Source: Candidatus Latescibacterota bacterium (GTDB taxonomy: Bacteria > Latescibacterota > UBA2968 > UBA8231). From it: DNA of 64,000 bases. Numbering within the stretch: the stretch's first letter is position 1; every line of letters begins with the position of its first letter. A program made the translations under genes and the position numbers. Below are positions 57,002 through 64,000 of the stretch, one piece after another. Below the pieces are notes generated by a model. It was not told where the DNA came from. It worked only from the letters and a program-made list of their open reading frames with translations, and ran no database searches. The stretch covers positions 1,088,001 through 1,152,000 of the forward strand of contig CBDCXV010000010.1 of assembly GCA_965223905.1 (NCBI GenBank). The letters run 5' to 3'.

Positions 57002-58377
57002 CGCACGCGGGCTCCCGGGCGGTAGTAGGCGAGGGCAGTCAGCAGCCGTTGGCCGAAGCGGCCCCCGGTCGGCTGGTCGAGGGCGACCACCCGCAGCAAC
57101 AGGATGCCGAGGCCGCCGAAGCAGAGATTGGGAGCCCACATCGCCAGGGCGGGGGGAAGGTACCCGCGGTCTGCCAGGCCCTCGCCGCCGATCAGGAACA
57201 TCCAGTACACAAAGAAGAAGACCAGGCTGAGGACGACGGCTGTCGCCGCCCCCCGCGTGCGCACCAGGGCGCCCGCCGGGGCCCCTACGAGTACGAAAAC
57301 GATGCATGCCGCGGCGATCGAGAATTTCTTGTGAATCTCCACGAGATAGGCGTTTGCGCGGCGCTCGCGGTTCTGGTTGAGGCGCCTCTGCCTGTGAAGC
57401 TGTTTGGCGATTTTCTCCGCCCTCGCCGGGAGCGACGGTTCGGACAGCCCTTCTCCGGTCTCATCCCCGGCAGTCGTTCCGTAGCTGGCCGCCACCGTGT
57501 CGAGGAAGGCGTGCACGGCAGAATCCATCGCCGCGGCTTCCCGGTCCTGCTCGACGCGATAGTCCGCCACCGCGGTCATCATGGCGCCGATATCCATCTC
57601 GCGGTCGCTGCGGTAGGAGGAGGAAGAAGAAGGGTATTTCCGCGAGGCGCGGTCGCGGTCCGTTATGTGAATCACCTGGCGCTCGAAGCGTCCCTCGACG
57701 AACTGAAGGGGATCGTCCGCGTCGATGCGGTGGAATTCGCCGTCGAACAGGGTCAAACGCATGTACTCACCGTCGTCGAAGATCCGCACCTCTGCCGAGT
57801 CAGCGTGCAGGGTCTGCGGCGGGCCGCTGCGGCCGCCGTCGACGAGGGTCAACCCGTAGAGCCTGTTTGCCTCCTCGTCGACGCGCCGGATCAGCAGGCT
57901 GTAGCCGCCCAGATCGCGGATGAAGAGGCCTTCCTTCTGCTTGAGAACGAGGGCGGCCTTGCGCCGCTTCAGGTCGGCCTGGATGCTGCGGGCCTTGTGG
58001 TTCCAGTCGGGGAGCACGCGATCGTTGAAAAGGACCATCAGCGCGGTCAGAGCCGCGGCGGCCACAAGGACCGGTTTCATCAACTGAACCAAGCTGATGC
58101 CGCTCGATTTCAGGGCGAGGATCTCGCTGTCGGCCGAGAGCCGGCCGAACGCCATCAACACCGCAACGAGCACGGCCATCGGCACGGCGAGGGCGACTAT
58201 CCAGCCGAGGTTGTAGAAGAAAAGCTGTCCCGCAGCGATGAACGAAAGCCCCCTGCTCAACACCCGGTCCATCATCTGCAGCGCCACGTCGATGACCAGC
58301 ACGAAAACGATCAGGGAACAGCCGAACAGAAACGGGCCCAGATGTTGTGAGAGGACGTAGCGTGAAAGTGGATTCAA
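56998..58377 (-). CDS. lptF: LPS export ABC permease LptF
   Basis: LSRYVL..HLGPF, FGRLSADSEILALKSSGIS, EIHKKFSI and MWAPN motifs. The start is probably TTG 58377. Confidence 0.88.
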   Translation of the reverse strand: MNPLSRYVLSQHLGPFLFGCSLIVFVLVIDVALQMMDRVLSRGLSFIAAGQLFFYNLGWIVALAVPMAVLVAVLMAFGRLSADSEILALKSSGISLVQLMKPVLVAAAALTALMVLFNDRVLPDWNHKARSIQADLKRRKAALVLKQKEGLFIRDLGGYSLLIRRVDEEANRLYGLTLVDGGRSGPPQTLHADSAEVRIFDDGEYMRLTLFDGEFHRIDADDPLQFVEGRFERQVIHITDRDRASRKYPSSSSSYRSDREMDIGAMMTAVADYRVEQDREAAAMDSAVHAFLDTVAASYGTTAGDETGEGLSEPSLPARAEKIAKQLHRQRRLNQNRERRANAYLVEIHKKFSIAAACIVFVLVGAPAGALVRTRGAATAVVLSLVFFFVYWMFLIGGEGLADRGYLPPALAMWAPNLCFGGLGILLLRVVALDQPTGGRFGQRLLTALAYYRPGARVR

Positions 58378-58613
58378 GGGAACCGCCCGGCTTTCGGTGC
58401 GTGTTTCTTTAGGGACACTCCCGTGTAGGAGCGGAAACGTAGCCATCTCGGGACGAGGAGGGCAGCATACGCTCGGCCAAGCCCGGGAAGGGACGTTCCG
58501 ACCCACGGAAGAAACGGCGCGGAGGGCTCGGAATAGACCGGAGGCCGGCCCGCCAAGCCGCAGAGACCGACCTTGGCAGAGATAGTCTCCGCTGCCGCAG
58601 AAGGTGGCCCCGC

Positions 58614-58643
58614 TTGATGTAATCTAAGCCTTTATGCTATGTT
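58614..58643 (+). promoter_or_regulatory. Promoter candidate for sprA
   Basis: TTGATG-N18-TATGTT with an extended -10 TG, in an AT-rich patch between divergent genes. Confidence 0.3.
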
Positions 58644-58985
58644 TATTAAAGATTTAACTCACCCCACGGATCCGCGTGGAAAGGCCCCTCTTGACGGTTT
58701 CCCCAACTGATCCCGCCCATCTCCGGAGTCCGCTTATCGCTCCATAGCGAACGTGTGTAGGACCCTGCTCGGCGGCGTCGGCGCCCGCTGAAGCGGAGGA
58801 AATGCTCCAGGACTCCAGTAGCGTGTCCTGCGATCCGTTCGGCCTGCGTCAGGCCCTTGCGGGCTCACCCGTATGCGGGCGGATTCCCCGGACATGCCCC
58901 AAGCCATCACCGGTTTGCGAAGGACCATGCACGACACTCGCGGTACGATCCTTGCTGTACATCCGTGCCGTGAACGGAATTCGTC

Positions 58986-61900
58986 ATGAGCGTCAGATCT
59001 CGACTCACCGAGAAGAGGGCCCGGTTCGGGTTCCTGGGCTTCTTCGCGTGCACCCTGTGTGTCCGGATGTCGGCAGCCGAGGTCGGGTTGCGCGGCCAGC
59101 CCATGGTCGGACCAGTGGCGCAGCTGTTTCACCAGCCGCTCGAATACGGCGACATCACGCGCCCGGGCCAGCCGCTGCTGCGCTGGCGCTGGAAGAAGCC
59201 GATGCTGGAATCGGCGATGCCCTTTGACATGAAGGAGGTCACCGTCGACTCCAACGGCGTTCACTACACCCCGGTGGCGGCCGGCTTTCCAAGCAGCCCC
59301 ACCGTGACCCTGAAGGTCGATGACTACCTCGACCTGGGGTACGACCACACTCTGAGAACCCGGTGGCGGGATACCGTGCGCCGCAACCAGAAGGTGACGG
59401 CGGCCCGTCAGGCAGGGCGGCGAGGGCGCTTCGAGTGGAGGGTCCCCTTTCCCGCCCCGGCCCCGGTGCGGCGCTTCATCGGCGACGAGGGCAGCCTGAG
59501 GATCAACGGCAGCCATACCGCTACCCTGGCCGGAAAGAGCCAGTGGACCGCGGGCGAGGTGAGAACCAGGGCCGGAGGGCCGTCGAAGTTTCCGTCCCTT
59601 TCGATGGAGCAGGAATCGAAATTCTCCGTCGAAGGCAGCGTCGGCGAGGCGATCAACGTGCGCATCGATCAGGACTCGCAGCAGCTCGGCCAGGGGTTTG
59701 CCAGCGGCTTCAAGGACAAGCTGGCCAACGAGATCAAGCTCGACTACAAGGGGGACGAGGACGACATCTTCCAGGAGGTCGTCGCCGGCAACACCACCCT
59801 GGCCCTGCCGCAGACCCGCTTCGTGACCTTCAACCAGCAGCACAAGGGGCTGTTCGGAATCCGCGCCAAGGGGCGCCTGGGGCCGATGGCGTTCACGACC
59901 ATCGCGAGCCATGAAAAAAGCGAGAGCAACAGGCGCACTTTCCGCGGCGGGGCTCAGGTCGACACCTTCACGGTGAGGGACCACGACTACATCCGCAACA
60001 CCTACTTCTTCCTGGGAATGCGCTATCGCGACCGGCTCGGGGACTTTCGCGAGGTGGCCTCGACCCAGCCGCGCGGCCTCGTGCAGGCCGACATCATCGA
60101 CGAGGGCAGCCTCGAGGTCTACATAAACGACTTCAACACCAACAACGACGCCGAGCTCCTGGCCAAACAGGCGGTGGCGACAGTCGACGCCCAGGACGCG
60201 CAACTGGCCGCGGCGGGAGGTTCGCCCATCGAGTGCTTCGACGCCAGCGGTCCGGTGGACCGCACCGGGTGCCGCGAAGAGGGAACCTGGCACAGGCTCG
60301 ATCCCGACAACGACTACTCCCTGGTACGCGAGTTCGGCTTCATCATTCTCAACCGCTCCGTCCAGGATCGCCACGCCCTCGCCGTGAAGTACCGCACCGT
60401 CGGCGGCGAGGAGTCCGGCGCCGGCGGGGATCAGCTGCAGCTCAGGCTTATCAAGGCGCGCAACGCCCGCCCCGACTTTCCGACCTGGGACCTCGAGTGG
60501 AAGAACGTCTACCGCATCGTTCGCGGCTTCTCCCGGGGCCGCCAGTTCGAAAGGGACAAGATCCGCGTCGAGATCCTCGAAGAGGTGCCGGGGCGCGAGC
60601 CTTCCCCTTCCCAGGGCAGGAAGTCGCTGCTGCAGATCATGGGCCTCGACACGCACGGTCAGGACGCGGGAACCCCTCCCGATCAGCTGATCGACGCCGA
60701 CTACATCGGTCTCGACGAGAGCCGGGGGGTGCTGATCTTTCCGGACCTGACCCCGTTCGCCCCCAGCGACCAGCGCTTCTCCGCGCTCAAGAATCAGGTT
60801 CCCAAGATCTACAACTCGCACCAGCGCCGAGACCAGGAGGAGGTGAGCCGCTTCCTGGTCCAGGTCGTCAACAGCTCCGGCGAGCAGCGCATCAACCTGA
60901 CCCAGGGACGCCTGGCCGGCATCGACCCGGAGTCGGTGCAGGTGCGCCTCAACGGGAAAAGGCTGCAGCGCGACGTCGATTTCACCGTGTCGTCGTTCAC
61001 CGGCGACGTCACCTTCCTCGGCGAGGTGCAGAACAGCGTCGCCGACCCCGGGGCCGAGCTGGAGATCAGCTACGAGTCGCAGGACCTGCTCGGCCTCGGC
61101 AGCCAGCAGAAAACCCTGCTCGGCACGCGCGGGGAGTACGAGTTCCTGGGCGGGGACGCGACCGTGGGGGGCACGATCCTCTACAACAACGTGCGCAGCG
61201 CCGAACCCCGCGTCCGCGTCGGCACCGAGCCGGCGCGCACCGTGGTCTGGGACCTCGACCTCAAGGCGAAGTTCGACGCCCCGCTGCTGACCCGGGCGGT
61301 CGACGCCCTGCCGCTGCTGAAGACCGCGGCGAAGTCCGATCTCTCCTTCCACGCCGAGGTCGCCCAGAGCCGCCCCAACCTCAACACCAAGGGGCGCGGC
61401 TACATCGACGACTTCGAGGGCAGCGAAAGGCCGGAGGAATTCCGTGTATTCCGCAGAAACTGGACGCCGGCGAGCCGGCCGCTGGGCCTCGATGGCGAGG
61501 ACCGCGGCAGGATGATCTGGTACAACCCCTACAACAGGATCGCTCTCACCGAGATCTGGCCGCGGCAGGAGGATCAGATCGAAGCCAGCGAGAACAAGGC
61601 CGAGGTGCTGGTGATGGAGCTGACCCCCCTCGACGGGGTTCCGGAGTCCTGGGAAGGCCTTATGACCTGGACGACGGGAGTGCGCGATTTCTCCCAGAGC
61701 AAGTTTCTCGAGGTCTGGCTGCGCGGCACCGAGGGGGTGCTGCACATCGACCTGGGTTCGATCGACGAGGACTGGATCGAGAACGGCGTTATCGACACCG
61801 AGGACATCCCGTACGCGGGAAGCAGAACCGGGGACAACGTGGTCTCGAAGGAGGAGGACGTCGGCATCGACGGCCGCGACGACGCCGGGGAGCTCGCTTT

Positions 61901-64000
61901 CTACCTCGCCGCGGCCGGAGTCGGTACGGAGGGGCTCCCGGTGGAAGAGATGCGGGAACGGTTCCGGGCCCTGCCCCAGTACGATGACCGCGACCCGGGC
62001 GATCCGGAAGGGGACAACTGGCACTACGACTCGAGCCGCAGCCGCGAGGACTACAGCCGCATCAACGGTACCGAAGGCAACCGCAACAGCGAGACCGGGA
62101 AACGTCCCGACACCGAAGACCTCAACAACGACGGCATTCTCAACCGCAGCAACGACTACTACCATCACGTCATCGACTTGTCGGACGGCGGCCATGTCCC
62201 GGGTTCCGAAAGCCCGGCGGGCTGGCGTCTCTACAGGAGGCCGCTGTTCGACGAGAGGGTCGGACGCGCCGGTTCCCCCGACTCGAGCCGCATCGAGTAC
62301 GGGCGCCTGACCCTTGCAGGCGGCTCGCCGGCACCCGGGGAAACCACCCTCAAGGTGGAAATCGCCAAGATCGAGATCATCGGCAACGACTGGCAGGAAC
62401 AGGAGATTGCGGTGCTGCCCGGTGGCATGCCGCTCGAACCGGACAGCGAAGAGAGCTTCAACGTCACCGTGATCGGCACCGACGAAAGCCTGACCTACAA
62501 GCCTCCGCCGGGGGTCAAGGTCCGGCGCCAGCCCAACTCGAGGGCGCGGGAGAAGGAGCGTTCCCTGGTGCTGGAGTACGGCGACTTCGAAGCGGGGCAC
62601 CAGGCGGTGGCAACCAAGGTGTTGGCTGGCAAGTCGGACTACACGAAGTACACGCGGCTGAAAATGTTCGCCCACGGCGACTCGTCCGGGACCTATCTCG
62701 TCGACGTCGACTCCAGCGAGATCGAGCTTTTCGTGCGCTTCGGGCGGGACGGTTCCAACTACTACGAGTTCGCCACGCCGATCTTCCCGGGCTGGGACGA
62801 GCGCAACGAGGTCGACGTCGACCTGCTGCAGATGGCGCAGCTGAAGGCGCTGCTCGAGGAGGGCCGCACCGACGAGCTGGGAAATCCGGTTGCCGAAATC
62901 GACACGGTGATCGTCGATCCCGACCTCCGCGACGGCACCCCGGCGACCTACCGCGTGCGCGGCAGTCCGTCGATGCAGCAGATCAGGCAACTGGCCATCG
63001 GGGTGCGCAACCGCAGCGCCCTGCGTAGCTACTCGGGGCGCCTGTTCACCGACGAGCTGCGCCTGGACGAGGCGCGCAACGACCCCGGACTGGCGGCCTA
63101 TGCACGCGTCAACAGCTCGCTGGCCGATTTAGTCAACGTCGACGCCTCGGTCGACTGGCAGGGGGAGGACTTCCGCACCATCACCAACACCGGCCGCAAG
63201 CAATCCGACTTCCGGACGGCGCTCAACACCACGACCAACCTGCACAAGTTCCTGCCGGGGAGCTGGGGTTTCTCCATCCCGGTCAAGGCGACCTACTCGC
63301 GCAACCAGAGCCTGCCCCGCTTCGGTCCCAACTCCGACGTCGAGCTGAACCCGCAGGAGAAGCAGGAGCAGAAGTCGCGCCGGGCCAAGGAGCTCTACGA
63401 GATCTCGATCAGCAAACGCTCGAGCAAGAACTGGCTCACCCGCTGGTCGGTAGACCAGATCAACTTCCGCATGTCGCGGACCCGCGAGCGCGGTTTCTCC
63501 CCGATTCGCCCGCTCGAAAACAGGGACAACCAGAACCTCAGCTTCAGCTACAAGATGCCCCTGCCCAAACCGTCGTTGCGGATTCTCGCCTGGCTCCCGG
63601 GCTTGGCGCCGGACTCGTGGTCGAAGACCGAACTGCGCTTCATGCCGACCACCGCCAACTACTCGATGTCCGTCAATCAAAGGGAGTCGGCTACCCTGCA
63701 GCGCTCGAACGTCGATACGACCTTCCAGGAAGACTTCGCGATGAGGGAAACCTACACCGCCAAGGCCAATCCGCTGAAAGCCCTGTCGGCGAATTACAGC
63801 CTCCAGATAAACCGCGACCTGCGCAAGAAGTACGACCTCAGGAAGCTGAGCTTCGGCCGCGAGGTCAGGCGAAACCAGAAGGCGGACGTCAAGCTGACGC
63901 TCAGGTTCCTGAAATGGCTCGACCAGAGCTATACCTTCCAGGCCAACTACGAGGAGATCAACGATCCGAGGAGAAGGCAGGCGCAGGCGGTCATCGACTC
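58986..64000 (+). CDS. sprA: SprA/Sov-like type IX secretion translocon (runs off window end; absent from ORF track)
   Basis: Hand translation from ATG 58986 gives a signal-like N-terminus, then NEIKLDYKGDEDDIFQEVVAGNTTLALP...KGLFGIRAKGRLG, later YIDDFEGS, LHIDLGSIDED, DTEDLNNDG and NYYEF. These are hallmark SprA motifs. Confidence 0.9.
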   Translation, partial: MSVRSRLTEKRARFGFLGFFACTLCVRMSAAEVGLRGQPMVGPVAQLFHQPLEYGDITRPGQPLLRWRWKKPMLESAMPFDMKEVTVDSNGVHYTPVAAGFPSSPTVTLKVDDYLDLGYDHTLRTRWRDTVRRNQKVTAARQAGRRGRFEWRVPFPAPAPVRRFIGDEGSLRINGSHTATLAGKSQWTAGEVRTRAGGPSKFPSLSMEQESKFSVEGSVGEAINVRIDQDSQQLGQGFASGFKDKLANEIKLDYKGDEDDIFQEVVAGNTTLALPQTRFVTFNQQHKGLFGIRAKGRLGPMAFTTIASHEKSESNRRTFRGGAQVDTFTVRDHDYIRNTYFFLGMRYRDRLGDFREVASTQPRGLVQADIIDEGSLEVYINDFNTNNDAELLAKQAVATVDAQDAQLAAAGGSPIECFDASGPVDRTGCREEGTWHRLDPDNDYSLVREFGFIILNRSVQDRHALAVKYRTVGGEESGAGGDQLQLRLIKARNARPDFPTWDLEWKNVYRIVRGFSRGRQFERDKIRVEILEEVPGREPSPSQGRKSLLQIMGLDTHGQDAGTPPDQLIDADYIGLDESRGVLIFPDLTPFAPSDQRFSALKNQVPKIYNSHQRRDQEEVSRFLVQVVNSSGEQRINLTQGRLAGIDPESVQVRLNGKRLQRDVDFTVSSFTGDVTFLGEVQNSVADPGAELEISYESQDLLGLGSQQKTLLGTRGEYEFLGGDATVGGTILYNNVRSAEPRVRVGTEPARTVVWDLDLKAKFDAPLLTRAVDALPLLKTAAKSDLSFHAEVAQSRPNLNTKGRGYIDDFEGSERPEEFRVFRRNWTPASRPLGLDGEDRGRMIWYNPYNRIALTEIWPRQEDQIEASENKAEVLVMELTPLDGVPESWEGLMTWTTGVRDFSQSKFLEVWLRGTEGVLHIDLGSIDEDWIENGVIDTEDIPYAGSRTGDNVVSKEEDVGIDGRDDAGELAFYLAAAGVGTEGLPVEEMRERFRALPQYDDRDPGDPEGDNWHYDSSRSREDYSRINGTEGNRNSETGKRPDTEDLNNDGILNRSNDYYHHVIDLSDGGHVPGSESPAGWRLYRRPLFDERVGRAGSPDSSRIEYGRLTLAGGSPAPGETTLKVEIAKIEIIGNDWQEQEIAVLPGGMPLEPDSEESFNVTVIGTDESLTYKPPPGVKVRRQPNSRAREKERSLVLEYGDFEAGHQAVATKVLAGKSDYTKYTRLKMFAHGDSSGTYLVDVDSSEIELFVRFGRDGSNYYEFATPIFPGWDERNEVDVDLLQMAQLKALLEEGRTDELGNPVAEIDTVIVDPDLRDGTPATYRVRGSPSMQQIRQLAIGVRNRSALRSYSGRLFTDELRLDEARNDPGLAAYARVNSSLADLVNVDASVDWQGEDFRTITNTGRKQSDFRTALNTTTNLHKFLPGSWGFSIPVKATYSRNQSLPRFGPNSDVELNPQEKQEQKSRRAKELYEISISKRSSKNWLTRWSVDQINFRMSRTRERGFSPIRPLENRDNQNLSFSYKMPLPKPSLRILAWLPGLAPDSWSKTELRFMPTTANYSMSVNQRESATLQRSNVDTTFQEDFAMRETYTAKANPLKALSANYSLQINRDLRKKYDLRKLSFGREVRRNQKADVKLTLRFLKWLDQSYTFQANYEEINDPRRRQAQAVID

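Noticed and set aside
55940-58350. 361-aa and 433-aa plus-strand ORFs
   Set aside because: They are antisense shadows of lptG and lptF.
58734-62990. 1418-aa minus-strand ORF (and 60233..61987 on +)
   Set aside because: These are antisense and out-of-frame shadows of sprA caused by high GC3, with no recognisable domains.
1-64000. Genome-wide TAG reassignment; CRISPR array, tRNA or rRNA
   Set aside because: Several intact genes end properly at TAG (e.g. 3599, 25747, 40980). No regularly spaced repeats or tRNA/rRNA motifs were seen by eye.

Overview
A mosaic 64 kb bacterial region. The gene content (SprA translocon, FlgD-Ig/T9SS-type C-terminal domains, a TWGxIK tail, DUF6785 and ASPIC/UnbV proteins) suggests an FCB-group organism such as Latescibacterota; this is an inference. 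(1) 1-6.2 kb is a visibly AT-richer, decaying defence/mobile island. An IS1380 has cut an upstream gene whose surviving tail ends in ...PQTYG* and is translationally coupled to an intact E2-E1-JAB ubiquitin-like fusion followed by a 4TM protein. Two HTH genes, a nuclease remnant and two RIT-recombinase fragments follow. (2) 6.9-12.7 kb holds an erythromycin-esterase-family gene and an ABC exporter pair. (3) 13-17.4 kb is an acoA-acoB-acoC-like-acoX operon with a lipoyl-PSBD-alpha/beta-hydrolase E2 and no E3. (4) 17.5-32.2 kb is a sugar-acid/glycan catabolic cluster containing a second, complete IS1380. (5) 32.3-55.2 kb is a large secreted-protein locus: three paralogous CTD proteins, a barrel-like partner, a PpiC chaperone, TPR and ASPIC/UnbV proteins and a membrane spermidine synthase. 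It is interrupted by an antisense group II intron whose EBS1 is a Shine-Dalgarno sequence. (6) An ISL3 remnant is followed by GC-rich core genes lptG, lptF and sprA; sprA runs off the window and is missing from the ORF track. No rRNA, tRNA or CRISPR array was seen.
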